Below are positions 23,412-36,532 of a stretch of 64,000 nt of DNA, piece by piece. The stretch is from Vitrella brassicaformis CCMP3155. Taxonomy: Eukaryota; Protista; Chromerida. The notes beneath the pieces were generated by a model that saw nothing but the letters and a program-made list of their open reading frames with translations, made no database searches and had not been told where the DNA came from. The stretch spans positions 1 through 64,000 of the forward strand of contig CDMY01000252.1 of the NCBI GenBank assembly GCA_001179505.1, given 5' to 3'. The position numbers were made by a program, and so were the translations under genes. The number at the start of each line of letters is the position of its first letter. The stretch's first letter is position 1.

Positions 23412-24848
23412 ATGGATCTGAATATTGAGACGAGGATCCCTCTGCGAGCAGGGAAGACGCAAGGCATGCCCGCGTTCGGCCTTGGCACATGGCGGTCGGA
23501 GCCCAACAAAGTGACAGAGGCGGTGGAATGTGCCCTGAGCAACGGGTACATCCACCTGGACTGCGCGGCCGTCTACAACAACGAGCACGAGGTGGGCGAG
23601 GGCATCGCCAGGGCGCTGCAGGCCGGCAAGATCAACCGAGACAAGCTCTGGGTCACTTCAAAGCTCTGGTGTAAGTGAAGTGGATGGGCAGGCAGGCAGG
23701 CAGACACTCTCTTGTGTGAGAGGTGCAGGCACCAAGTTCCGCCCTGAGGACGTCAAGCCCGCGCTGCAGAGAACCTTGAACGATCTGCGGCTCGACTATG
23801 TCGACCAGTACCTGCCCCACTGGCCGTGCCCGATGGCGCCCACCGATGTCTACTCGGACCCCATGCCCAAGGACGAGCACGGCGTCATCCGCGTGGCCGA
23901 TGTGGCGCTGACCGACATGTGGCGTGCGATGGAGAAGCTGGTCGACGAGGGACTCGTTAAGACACTCGGCATGAGCAACTTCAATATAGAGGTAGGGAGG
24001 GGAGGGGAAAGCAGCACATGTGCTTTCTTCTGATGGGTGTGTGGGTGGGTGGGTGTGTTGTGCGTGCGATGTTTCAGGAGACCAAGTTGATCTTGGACAA
24101 CTGTGACATACCCCCGGTGGTGGACCAGGTCGAGTGCCACCCTCTGTTCCCACAGCACGCTCTCAGAGACTTCCTCAAGGTGCCTGCCACACAACACAAC
24201 ACAACACAACACACACGCGGCAAGAGACAGATAGGGCACCCACCAGTGGACGGACACGTGTGTGTGTATGCAATGCATGCCTGCGTCTGTCAGTCTGAGA
24301 ACATCGAGTTGGTGGCCTACAGCCCGCTGGGCAACGTCAACACCGACGGCCCGACGGCCCTCACCGACCCACTCATATGCGACCTCGGCAACAAATACAG
24401 CAAGTCGCCCGCGCAGGTACATACCATTTCATTTGCCCGGGCCGATGCGGGACGGGATCGATGCGTTGCGACTCTCACGGCCTCTGCCGTCCGTGTTGTC
24501 TCATCCATCCACCTTGTGTGTGTAGATATGTCTGCGTTGGAACCTCCAGCGGGGCGTGATTGTCATCCCCAAGAGCGTCACGCCATCACGAGTCGTCGAA
24601 AACTCAAAGGTCAGTCAGCGGCACAACAAACGGACCAGATACACACACGCACCGGACCCCCACCAAAGGCATCTCTCTCTCCGTTTCTCCGTCCGTGTGT
24701 GTGTGTGTGTGTGTGTCAGGTGTTTGACCTTCAGCTCTCAGCTGACGACATGGCGCGCATCAACAACCTGAGCGAGCACGAGGGCAGAGGGCGCCGACAG
24801 ATCAACCCGGACTTCCGCCCCGGGGGGGCCAAGGTCTTCAAAGACTGA
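23412..24848 (+). CDS. Aldo-keto reductase (AKR1-like), ~6 exons
   Basis: MPAFGLGTW, HLDCAAVYNNEHEVG, LWVTSKLW, YLPHWP, LGMSNFN, QVECHP, AYSPLG, IPKSVTPSR; D-Y-K-H tetrad present. Confidence 0.93.
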
Positions 24849-25980
24849 CTGACTGTGACTGACTGCCGCACATGGTCTGTCTGGTGCGGGGGAGAAAGGC
24901 GAGGCCTCGTGGACGTTTGGATGTGTGTGTCTGTGGGTCTGTCTGTCTTCATCTGCGCACGCCACGCCACGCCCTTTTGTAAGTGCGTGTGTGTGTGTGT
25001 AAGGGCTGCGAGTGAATGAGATGACTGAGTGAGTGTACATACAGGCAGCCGTAGGTATGTTTCTGCTCCGCTGCCGTCGCTCGGGAAGTTGTTTCTGGTT
25101 GCTTTCAGTGTGGTGCTCCTGGGAATCGGAAGCCCAGGAACGCCGCGATGATAGCAACCAGGAGGAACTCACTCCCGTCACAGCGGCAGACAGGCAGACA
25201 TAGAGGAAGCGAAGAGAGACGCCCACGTGTTGCGAGAAAGTTTATTGTGAGAAGGTGAGCAAGCCACGTCTGTTTCCAGTCCAGTGTGTGTACGATGCTG
25301 CCTGCAATCATCATCTTGCACCCTTGTGTGGCTTGCTCGCTCGTGGTACTTCCGTCGTGGTACACGATACAAGTCTCACAAGTGAGGCCACAAATGGCTG
25401 TAGGATGACGGAAGACATCCATCCATCCATCCTTGATGTGTAGTTGCTGAGAGAGGTGCTGCCGTGATGTGACGTGACGGCCTGGTGGTGCCGTGTCAAG
25501 TGGTGGAAGTTGTTTCGCGTCAAGCGGGCGACACGCAAACATCCATTGATTGATTCATCGACCAGTACAAACAAATAAAGTCCTCGCGCACACACGGACA
25601 CGCAGACACAGCCGAGAGAGACTAGACAAGAGTGGGATAGCAGGTGGGCAGCTGGGGCAGAGCAGCGAAGACCGGAGGACGGCAGGCCGCCCGAGATAGA
25701 TGATAAGACAGATAGAGAACACACAAGCAAGCAAACCAACACATGAAAGGTTTTGTTTGTGTATGTTAGTTATGTGGCACCGCCCGCCCCCAGCCAGACC
25801 TGTACACAGACAGACAGACATCTAAAGCCTTACACACTCCTCCCTTGCCGCTGCCCTGCCCAATACACGCCATGCCCCCACCCACGGCCCCCCATATACA
25901 CACACCTGTCTACCCATCATCTCTACGCACCTGTCCGTCCGTCTCTGTCTCTCTGTCTGTCTTCCGGCGTGTCTGTCTGT

Positions 25981-27252
25981 CTACTCCTCTGCCTCTGGTT
26001 CGGCGGTGCCACCCTTGGTGGGCGCCACCGCCCCCCCGTGTCGCTTTTTCTTCTTAAACAGGCCGGTCTTGGTCTCGTACTGCCGCCTGATGAGGTACGG
26101 CAGCGGCACACACATGGCTATCACGCACAACAGCACCATCTGGGACGCGGGCAGCTTCAGGCCCGCTGAGGGGTCCAGGTTCTTCAGCGAGAGACCCACA
26201 GTCACTGACACATCACACACACACACACACAGAGGGAAAAGGAATACGGATGGCGCGTCTGATCGAGGAGAGGTCACTGTGGCCGTGTGTCACTCACTCA
26301 TTCACTCACCCCACATCATGTTGTTGGGAATGAGGCCGATGAAGGTGCCGAGTGTGAAGGGTAGGATGCCGATCCCGACGATGGGAGCCGCCATGCTGAC
26401 GAGGAAGTTGGGGAACACCGGCAGCACCCGCCCGAACATGACGGCCATCATGTGCCCGTCCCGGACCTCGTGTACGTGCTTCTTGAACTTCTCGATCTTC
26501 CCCGAACCCAAATACAGCGCCACAGGCCGGCCCACGAAATAAAACAGCCCGTAGGCGCACATCGGCCCCACCGTCGACAAGACGCAGCAGAGGGCGAGGG
26601 CGGGCCACCACCCGAAGAGCGCGCCGGCCACCACGGTGATGGCCGTGGTGGTGCCGGGGATCCACAGCGTCAGCACGGCAAAGGTCTGGAAGAAGATGTA
26701 GGCCCCCGTCATGAGCGAGACCACCCACAGTGGGTGGGTGGTGGCGAACTGCTCGGCGGCCAGCTTGAGGTTCATGACACGCTGCCACTTGGTGAGCCGC
26801 TCGTTGCCGAGGTCGAGGGCGGCGTTGTACAGCTTCTGCCGGTCGGCCGCGGGCACGTCAGACACCTTGGTGAAGACGAAGTAGAAGGCCACGCAGTAGA
26901 GGACGGCCAGCAGGATGATGATTAGCAGATTCTGCAGGAAGCCCCTGAACTGCTGCTTGCTCGCATCCACCGGCTCCTTCCCCTGCAGACGAGCGCTGCA
27001 CATGGACATCCACAGGATCTTTCATCCATCAATCTTGCCGCCATTTTTCTCCCTTATTCGGCTGTGTGCGGACCTGCGTCTCTCTGGCTTGGGGGAGTGT
27101 TTCTTGTGCCCCTGTCTGATGGCGTCATAGAGGCGGTCGATGAGGTCCGTCTTGTTGCCGCCGCTGGGCAGGCCGTAGTCCCGCAGGTGAAGTTTGAGGT
27201 CCGCTATCGTCAGCTTGCTCAGCGCCTCCCTGTCTGCGTGCAACTCCGCCAT
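25981..27252 (-). CDS. SAP domain fused to a VTT/DedA (TMEM41-like, SNARE-associated Golgi) membrane domain, 3 exons
   Basis: Exon 1: LSKLTIADLKLHLRDYGLPSGGNKTDLIDRL (SAP consensus). Exon 2: YIFFQTF..IPG..AITVVAGALFG, LCCVLSTVG, GRVLPVFPNFLVSMAAPIVGI...FTLGTFIGLIP (TMEM41/DedA motifs). Basic C-terminal tail. Confidence 0.85.
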
Positions 27253-27528
27253 GGCATCCAACCAGAAACGCCACGCCGCCGCTCACTCAGCGCCCAACTC
27301 GATGCACCGCAGAGCAAAAAATGAAAAGCTTTGAGCGAACGGCGCTCAGAGGCAAGCGCCGCGGCGTACCATACACCACGCCTACACTTCGGAAGACTCT
27401 TGGGCAAAAGGCGAGCTTGAAAAGCTTTTGAAGCTCGCCATTTCGAGAAGCAATCGCGTCGTTTCCCTTTCTGATCCCTATTGGGACGCCGGCGACTCTC
27501 GTCTACTGCGCTCATATGCTACATCGCG

Positions 27529-30016
27529 ATGCCGAAAGGTCTTCCTGGTCTCTACTGGGACGAAGAGAAAAAACGCTACTTCCCCATCGCCCTCAAGCCC
27601 AAGAGCCAACCTGCGGCAACCACAGCCCCCACAGGTGGCCCTTCATCGCTCGACAAGCCGCCCGATGAAGGCCCTGGCCCGCCACAGCCATTGGTGAACC
27701 TCTATGGCGTGCTATCAAGGCGGCGGAGGGGTCTCGACGGCTTGTCGGCGAGTCGGCAGTACGGCAGCGGTTCGAGCGGCAGCTGGCTGAATTCGCATTA
27801 CTATGGGTGTGGGGTTTATCGGTATCGGTGTGAGGGGTCGTCTGTGTGCGGTGCACCTGGGAGCATTGTGCGGGTGTCCGACAGCGAGACGGCCTGCCCT
27901 CGTGTGTGCTTGAGCCATGGGCCTGCTGTGTACATCTCACGGATCGACGACGCCAAGTAAGACCAAACCATCAGATCAGACACGCTCGTGGATTGACTGA
28001 CCCAGACGACACCACATCCACGTGTATTGTATCCCCTTTTCTTTCTCTCAGGTCGATTCCCCGTGACCAGACGACCTACCTGTCCTGCTATTCTCTTTCG
28101 CAAGTCACGTGCCTCCAGTTCTCGTCCAACTGGCTCGCCATCGGCAGTGTGGGCGACGGCGGCGCCCCGGCCGAGTGCCATCTCATCAACTTCACACACT
28201 TCGACTCCCTGCCCTTCCACGACTTCGTCAGACAGATGGGACGCATGGAGTTCGGCAACGCCCTCTTTGACCTAGATCTCCAGGTGAGCGAGAAAACACA
28301 AGTAGATAAATGGATGGACCCCCCGCCTGGTGATGGCCTGTTTGTCGTTCCTGGTCTTGTTGCACGTAGGCCGATGAGAACCGTCTGGTGCTCGGCGGCA
28401 CTGGTCTGGGCGTGTACGACCTCCACGAGTCCCAGCAGGTGTGGCACCCACGGCACAGATACTCAGACGTCCTCCACGTCGCCTCCCTGCCCTCCGACAA
28501 AAACACACTCATCACCGCACATCGGAGCGGCAATGTCCTGCTGTGGGACACACGCGCATCGCCTGAGCAGCCCCCCGTCTGTCTTGCTGGCGACATGCGG
28601 CGAGAGAGGGCGGTGGGTGCTGGGCGTGGGCGGGTGGAGAGGGGCGGCAACAGGCAACGGCCGATCGTCCCGAGGACGCGCCTCGACAACCGGTGAGGAA
28701 GGAACACACAACACAAGCAAATTGGTCTTGACAATGAGCAAACAATCGTTTCTGTCACGGATGCGTGTGTGACAGGTTCGCTGTGCTGGGCCCCTCTGTC
28801 AGCTGTGGTCACTCGCGGGGCGGCTCAGCCTCCGTCCTGTCTTCCTCGCCCACCGCCGCCTCATGTGTGCAGCCCCTTAAGACCCTCCCACACATCTTCA
28901 TCGTCTCACACGTCGACGGCCGGATCGCCATGCGCGACATGCGCTTCTGCCGCAGGGGCGATAGGAGCGACGCCGGTGCTGTCACGCTGTTCACGAGCCG
29001 AGATCGAGGCCCCTCATCGCCGCACAAGCGTGGTCACAAAGAGACGGCCGGGCGGCAGAGGGGTCGGCGGGCTGCCAAGTGGCAGAAACGGTCCAAGCCG
29101 GCCCCTCTGGCGGGGCGAGGGGATGAGAGCGACACCTCCTCAGATGAAGACGGCAATGCCGAAGACGAGATGAGCGACCACCCACCCACACGTACCAACA
29201 GGCGACCATCCCCCTCTCCCTCACTGTCGCCCATTCCCTCCCCCTCCCCCTCCCCGGCCTCTCTGCCGAGCTTTCGCACATATTGTGGCAACACGAACAC
29301 TGGCGAATTCCGCAAGTTCACTCTCGACGCGCAGGAGCGCCTGCTCGTCTTCCCCGGATCTGACGGCGTCGTCCGGCTGTGGAGCGTCTCACACGGCGGG
29401 CACCCGGTCCGAGAGCTGCCCACATACACCAGCGCACCGACGTCGCGCAGCCTTGCGCAGCGAGCGTGGCAGGGGAGTGGAGGGGCGCGGAGCGACGGCG
29501 TCGACCGGTTTCTGTGCGGCAGTGTGGCCTCCCTGGACTCGTTGAGGCAATTTGTGTCTCGTCGCAAGGGCGGCAAAGGAGACGAGGAGCCAGATGAGGG
29601 GAGTGTGAGTGGTCGGGCGGCTCGGTTAGAGCTGCGGCGGGCTGGCCGGCCTGACGGGGAGGGCGAGAGACGGAGGAGGCTGGCGGCGGCACAGACGCGG
29701 GGAGGCTCGGATGAGCCCGAATCTTACTGCATCACCGTGCCAGGTACAAAAGACGAGAAAAGAAAGAGGACGAAGCGACACAAGCCGCATCATATCCCCC
29801 TTCCTTCTGCATGTTGTGTGTGTGACAGCATCCCAGTCTGAGGCCTTCACAGTGAGCAGGCCCGGCCAGCCGTGTGTGCCAATGGAGAGCGTTGCCGGCC
29901 GCGTCCCGTCGTTCCGTGAGGTGTTGCGGAGTTTAACTGTGCGGTCTGCGCGTCGCGGTGTGTCGTCGTTCGTGACCTTCAGTCATGAGGGCGTGTGTCA
30001 TGTCAGCCAGCCCTAG
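27529..30016 (+). CDS. WD40-repeat protein, DCAF4/WDR21-like
   Basis: N-terminal LPGLYWDEEKKRYF motif typical of DCAF4-like proteins; WD segments TAHRSGNVLLWDTR, VSHVDGRIAMRDMR, GSDGVVRLWS. Confidence 0.7.
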
Positions 30017-30605
30017 ACAGCGACACACGGAGACGGAGAACAGGGCAGGGTGGCAGGGGTGCTGGGCTGGTGACTCTGGTCTGCGATTTGGTCTTGGTCT
30101 GTATGGCTTGGCTTGGCTTGGCTTCGGGGGGATTTTTATGTGTCTGTCGTGGTGTCACCCGACGTAGGGATGGCATGCGAAGGCAGGCAGGCAGGCAGGC
30201 AGTAAGGCAGCCAACAAGCAAGGCAGCAAGCCTCCCTCCCTCCATCTGTGGTGTGGGAGGGAGGCTTGCTGATGCTCTGTATGCTGCTCACTCACTGCCC
30301 TTTTACATACAAACATGCACACACACACGCACTTACATACCAAGTGATGCATGCTATGAATACGTACACAAAGTCACACATCACGTGTTGTTGGTGTGAT
30401 TGAGGAGAGGGGAGAGGGGAGGGGAGGCGGGAAGTGCAGTAGGGCAGGCAGTGATGATGATCGCCGGACGACAAGACGTTTTACATGTCTGGCTGTGGGT
30501 GAGCAGCGGTCGTGTCGATTTAAGGACCTGTCTGTCTGTCTGTGCATTGTGTTGTCGCTTGTCCCGGGGTCCCGGTGGGTTGGACGTGATGTCGCCACCG
30601 TGAAG

Positions 30606-30643
30606 CCTGAGACGCACCGGCGCTCTCACCGGTGCGTCTCAGG
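30606..30643. repeat. Perfect 15-bp inverted repeat with 8-nt loop
   Basis: cctgagacgcaccgg-cgctctca-ccggtgcgtctcagg. Confidence 0.95.
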
Positions 30644-31553
30644 TGTGACGATGACGGCACCACGGATGACCTACTGGGACACACAGACGCTGCAGCGACA
30701 TGACTGCCTGTCTGTGTCGTGACGGCGTCACGCGTCGTCAAGACATGATCGATGAGGCTGCGTGTACTGCGTGTACTGAATGGGAGGACAGAGACCGTTG
30801 TGGTGTGGGCAGCCAGTGCGGTTGGATGTCCCTGCTTGGAGGCATTGTTTCCGTTTCTGTGTCGCTCCTCTCGGCGTCTGGGTGGGTGAAAGACTTCCCC
30901 TTCACCCACAAGCCTGAGCCGTACTGACGCTCTCAGGTGCGAGGGTGATGGGGAGGTGCGTGGCCCACCGAGACACCGAGAAGATTGCGATTCGTTGGAG
31001 GAACAGCTCAGTTTCTGCAGTGAGTTGCCTGTGCGTCTTTGGGGATACATCGGGGGCGGCGACACGGACATATGAGAGTTTGCGTGTTTGTCTGGGTCAG
31101 TATGTCGTGCGACGCCAGCCCAGGTCAGTGCGGGCGGGTGTGCGTGTGAGGGAGGGAGGGAGGGAGGGAGTAGACGACAGACCCATTGATTGCGTGTGTG
31201 TTGTGTGTGAATGCCACACTTCTGTCATCGAAAAGATGAATGAAAAAGCTGAAAGAAGGATGCAGCCGGCGTGCACATCCACACTCATCTGACGTCCCAG
31301 CCAGCATCAATCAGGATATGATTGCACAGCAAGTCCACCCCCCCAATTCACGTACTTCCATCACCTCCATCACCTGGCCAGATCCGAGGAGAGGATGAAC
31401 ATACATGTTGCCTTTTCGGCAATGAATGGCAAATTTCTCCATAGTCTTTCGGGTGGGCTATGGAAAACCTCACTCAGATCTGTTGGCGCAGTCCATCCAT
31501 CTATCCTATCATCCAACACAGTCATCCATCCATCCCCCACCCGCTACCACCAC

Positions 31554-34194
31554 TCACTGTGTCTCTTCCCGCCTCTCTGCCGACTGCCCCGGACCCCTCC
31601 CCCCCAGATACGGGGACATCCGCTCCATCAGAGCCGTCGCTGCCTCGATGCAACGCGGAACAGATACATCGACATCGGCCTTTCCGCGCCTCTCACGCAT
31701 ATCCGGCACGCGACACACAGCCGGACAGGACTGCGGTGTCGATCCCCATGGGTTGGTGGCAGCATCAGCATCATGAGCAGAAGCCACCCTGGTGCCGCCA
31801 TGGTCTCGCTGCTTTGACGGGGGTGGAGTGGCGAAGGGGCCCCTCTGGCTCGAGCATGGCGACGGCGAGGCGGGGGCATGTCGACGGTGGAGCCACTCCC
31901 TCTCTGGATGGGGGCTGGAGCGGAAGTACGTCTTTCTGTGGTACTTGGCCGCCAGCCGCTCTGCTCGCGCCTTGATGGACCACAGCAAGGCCGACTGCTG
32001 CGGTGCCACTGCCAGCGGATCTTTGCCCTCTGCAGGGGACTGAGGGGGGCCGGCGATGCGCAGACGAACGGGGCTGGAGCGACCCTTGGTTGCGAAGGGC
32101 TTAGGTGGGGGTATGGGAGGTGGGGTCGAGGGGCTGCTCATCGCATGGCTGGCTTGGGCGGCGAGCGAAGCGCTGCTCGCCAGCTGGTGAGGTGCAACGA
32201 TGTCCTTCTCGACTTGTCGGACGTCGTCACGTGGCTGTCCCCTCATGGGAGCCCTGACACTCCTTTCCGCTATCAAGGCCTTCTTGACGGCAGCCTTTGC
32301 CATGTCCACCCCCCGCACCCCACCCTTTTCGCCAGGCGCCGAAGGTCGATCCTCATCCCGTGCAGCAGCCACCTTCTGGCCAGCAGGACGAGAGCCCGCC
32401 TTCCTGTCGGGCGGCTCCGACGTTCTCTTGGGAGGTAGTGTCCTCTGGCGAATTGTGGTGGACGTCGGCGTGGCTGGACGGGACGATTTACGGGTCGACG
32501 GAAGGGGGAGAGTGGGGGATGTCCGGGATGACGAGCGGATTCTAGATGGGGGAGTGGCCCGGAGATTCGAGAAGGGGGAGGGCTGGCTGCTGCGAGAGCT
32601 AGGGAGGTACACCCGGAGGAGAGGCACTTCTGAAGACCACACAAATCGACAGTGACAGGGGAAGATCCTATGGCTGGTTTTCCTTCTTCGCTCGCTCACC
32701 TCCCTCCATGTTAGTATCCAGCGTGGCCATCGTCGGCGTGAAAGGCGTAGGAGATATCCTAGATCCCGGCCTCCTCTCCCCCACCACTGCAGGCGACCGC
32801 GCGGCCATCGCAGCCCGCGACCGGGGCAGCGCCGGCATCGACTGACTGCGCGGAATCATGCCGTCGAGGTCCTCTCGTGCGGACTGGAAGGGCGACACAC
32901 ACGCACTGCGGGACGACACCTCGCGATAAGAGACGAAGGGGGACGGCAGGCCCAGTCCCAGCTTGCGGCGGCCGAAGAAGGGCGTGTAGTGCGCCTTCGA
33001 CGGCTTTCTCCCATCAGCCCTGGCCGCTGGCTCGCTTACTGGGCTGCTCGGCGACCCCCCTCCCGCCCTCCTCTTTGGCCACTGGTCGTCATACGTATGA
33101 CGCTCCCTCATCAGCTCCTTCACTAGCGCAGTATAGGGCTGCTTAAACAATCCCGGAGGAAGCTCGTCTGACGCATCACGTGGCTGAGAGATGATGTCCG
33201 GCCGCCGGCCCTCATCATCCGCCGACCCCTTGACGTGCATCGGCCGTTCAGCGAACGGAGATGGCCGCACCCTCTCGGTCACTGATTGGCTGTGTGTGGC
33301 AGCAGGGGTGAGGGCGGGAGGCTGCACACGCTGCTGTTGCTGTTGCGGTGGTGGCGGGAGGGAGCGTCGGATGCGCGCCTGTGTGGCGTTGAACAGCTTC
33401 TTGCCGTCCAGGGAGTGCAGCGAGGGGAGGAAGTTGATGAGGGTGGCGCGGTGCGTGGGCGAGTTGGTGAGGGGGTTGCCCTCCAGCACCAGGTCCACCA
33501 GGGATGTGTTGAGCGATAGAGGCCGCAACGACAAAGGGGATGCCAGCGAGTTGTGGCCCAAGTCGAGCCAAACTAACCTGCAGCAGGAAGGAAGGCCGAC
33601 AGACACCAAACAGGATGTGTGATGACACAGACAGACAGAGATGAATGAATGAATGCACTCATCGTTTGCATGTGCGCACCTCTGCAGCGGCTCCAGGTCT
33701 TCTACTTGCCATATCTTGTTCCTTCTGACCGACAGCCGCTCCAGCATGCGGCATGGCCACAAGCCCCGAAGGCTTCCTAGTCGATTCGACGACAAATCCA
33801 ATCGCCTGAGGCCTCTCGAACACGCCTCGAGAGCGGAGTCTGGAGTGCTGTGCTCCGCGTCTGGAGTGCCCGAGGGGCCCGAGGGATACATGGAGAGGCT
33901 CAATGGCGACGGCTGGACCAGCAGAGTTGTGATGTGGTTATTGCTGAGGTTGAGGCTGACGAGATGACGCAAGTGGCGGAGCTCTGAAGGAAAATGCACA
34001 GAAATGCATCCCGATGCATCCAAGTGGCAATGTGTGCATGGAAAGCGGCTGCTGGTCTCACCTGCGAGGCTTTGTATCCTGTTGTTGGAGAGATCAAGAT
34101 GGGTGAGCGTCACAGGGCTGCGATGGAGTTCCAGAGGCCTCAAGTCATCAATTCTGTGGTGGGAGAGGTCCACCTCGAGCAATTCGTCGTCCAT
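31554..34194 (-). CDS. SDS22-like leucine-rich-repeat protein with LRR cap and a long disordered C-terminus
   Basis: LTHLDLSNNRI, LVSLNLSNNHI, LRRLDLSSNRL, LERLSVRRNKI, LVWLDLGHNSL, LVLEGNP...FLPSLHSLDG. Further 3' exons may extend to ~30520. Confidence 0.8.
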
Positions 34195-34833
34195 GCTCAC
34201 CCGGATGCAGGAAATAACGTGCCTATTCCTTCTATACACGCCAAAAGAGAGAAGGCGGTGGCGAGCTCAAAAGATAGCGATCGGCCGGAGACAGCAACCG
34301 CTGCAAAAATCCAACAGCCGCTGCAGACAGACATCTCGCCACTCAGAAAGACATCTTTCCATTGCAAAAAGCCGTATGGTCCATCAAATTTAAAAAGCCA
34401 CCATCTTTCTCCCCATATGCTGAAAACTAGCTGTGTGTTCCCCTCAGATCCCTTCCGTCCGCCGGGCTTGGCGTCCCTGCGTGAGACACACGAGGACGCC
34501 AAGCTGTGTCAGGACGGTACGTTGGTTCTCTCTCTGCCATGATGGGGACATGTCACTCACCTAGACAGACCGCTGGCTGCGTTTGTATCGATATCATGTA
34601 AACTCATTCGTATGTATCCAGTCCAGGTGTCTGTCCATTCACACCCACGCACACACACACGCTAGGGCGACCAACCGCCCGACCTATTCTTACAAATAAT
34701 GCCATAGCTATCATGCAACCAACTAAGAAACACCCGGCCCGTTCGCTACGTCAACTTAGTCAACTTATGCCACACCACGTCACAGCTGGCTTCGCCCACC
34801 GGCACCAGACCTGACCTAAGCTGACCTTTCCTT

Positions 34834-36199
34834 TCAATCCCACGTCGCCTCCCGCCTCAGCTTAGTCACCGGGGTACCCAAGGAACTCTCCACCCGACCT
34901 CCCCCCACCCCAAGCACCCCCACCCCCGCACCATCGTCATCATCCCTCGGCTCTTGTCGCTGGCCACTGCTGCGGTGCCCATAGCCGTCCACACAGCACA
35001 TGACAGAGGAAAGAGGGGCCGTCCCCGCCATGGCCATGCTCGTCTGTCTGTTGCACCGGTGCATGATCCTGGCCTTCCTCCAGGTGAGCACGACGAGCAC
35101 CGCTGCCAAGGCTAGCATGCACCCTGCTGCCGTGCCGCCAGCCACACATACCCAGGGCGAGTGCAGAGAGAAGGGGGAGGGGGGCGGGGCGTGGTCGTCT
35201 GACGCCGATGGGTTGAGGGACTTAATCGCTTTCTCGCGCTGCGGCCCATGGGACAGAGAAGAATTCTTGTCGAGAGGTCGGATGACGACAGGCAGCGGAG
35301 CGGAGGTCTCTTCTTCTATGTCTCGGTGTCGGTCGACTCCTGTGGATGGCGATGAGCCATTGGTGGCGGCTTGAGCGACGGGTGGCTGCTCCGGCAAGGA
35401 CTCACTCTCAAGGACGACCGAGGCCGTGTCGTTGGTTGATGAGATATCGATGTCGTCGATGGACGAGGCGCTCAGTGTCTGGTTCTCGGCACCGTGGCCC
35501 CGCTCATCTGACGCCTCGTCAGTCGACAATGGAGGCGGCCCCGTACGACATGATATGGCGCCCTCACCATCTACACACACACACACACAGACAGAGGCCA
35601 CACGGAACAGACAATGATGTGGCTCCTCTGCATGCCTTTCTCTGTTGCCTCACTCACCGGCACTTGGTTCGGATGGGGTGCCACATGCCCGTGTGCCGCT
35701 GGTGATTGATCTGGTGAGCAAGTCATCCTCCGTCTGCTTCAGCAACGTGCCCTTCGTGGCCTTGAGGTAGCACGCGCCATCGCCAGTGTCCCTGTGGACG
35801 GCATACACGACGAGGTGCGTCCAGTAGCCACAGCCAACGGTGATAGCACACCAATCGGCACCTGCCGGGAGATAGACATATACACAAGACGGCCATGGAA
35901 GGTTCGCGTGTGCTCACATGACTGTGACGTGGGGTATCCTCTCCACGCGCCAGTGAGATCAGCCGCAATGTAATCAATCCCTTCGTCCAACACGCAGCCG
36001 GACACCTGTCCTGCAGACACTGCAGACACCGCATTCGCACGTCAGAGCACGTCCACCAATCGGCTCTCCATGTTGGTGTGAGTGCCGTGTCCATCGCCCC
36101 ACCCACCAACCCACCTGATGAAGCCCTCGGCACGGCAGCCAACAGACAGACTGCACCTGCGATTGCACCTGCGATAATGGCACCTGCGATGGACGCCAT
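34834..36199 (-). CDS. Type I membrane protein: signal peptide, Apple/PAN domain, S/T/E-rich stalk, TM helix, short tail ending W-D
   Basis: Spliced exons give C-VLDEGIDYIAADL...SQS-C-ADW-C-AITVG-C-GYWT...GA-C-YLK...SG-TRA-C (six-Cys Apple pattern); TM VCVAGGTAAGCMLALAAVLVVLTW; tail ...DDDD...REATWD*. Confidence 0.82.
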
Positions 36200-36268
36200 C
36201 CCCCTCCCCTTCTGAGTGATGTTATAAACCGGGCCCGACTGCTCCCGCAGGTGAGTGGTGTGCCTCTT

Positions 36269-36374
36269 TCAGCCAGCGCTGAAGTGGCTGTTTATCTCAT
36301 GGCGAGGCTTCAGCAGCCTCGACTGTCAGCCAGCGATGAAGTGGCTGCTTATCTCATGGCGTGGAGGCTTCAGC
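36269..36374 (+). repeat. Two ~47-nt imperfect direct repeats (36269-36314 and 36326-36374), each with an internal hairpin
   Basis: tcagccagcg(c/a)tgaagtggctg(t/c)ttatctcatggcg..aggcttcagc twice; cagcca/tggctg are complementary. Confidence 0.85.
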
Positions 36375-36532
36375 CGAAGATTGACCGTTGTCACGCTGTA
36401 GAAAAAGCGGTTTCACGGAAAAAAGAAAGCGAGCGAGAACGCAGCGCGAAAGACGTGCGGGCGCGTCCATTGTGCACGTCTGTCTGCTTCCCGCCACTCC
36501 TCGCCCTCGCTGCCCTTGGTCGTCTTTCTCAT

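Noticed and set aside
30611-30640. Paired BsmBI sites (GAGACG/CGTCTC) suggesting a cloning cassette
   Set aside because: They follow from the natural palindrome; no vector sequence nearby
36150-36199. Triple gcacctgcgat repeat
   Set aside because: Encodes the AGAI repeats of the Apple protein's signal peptide; explained by the CDS
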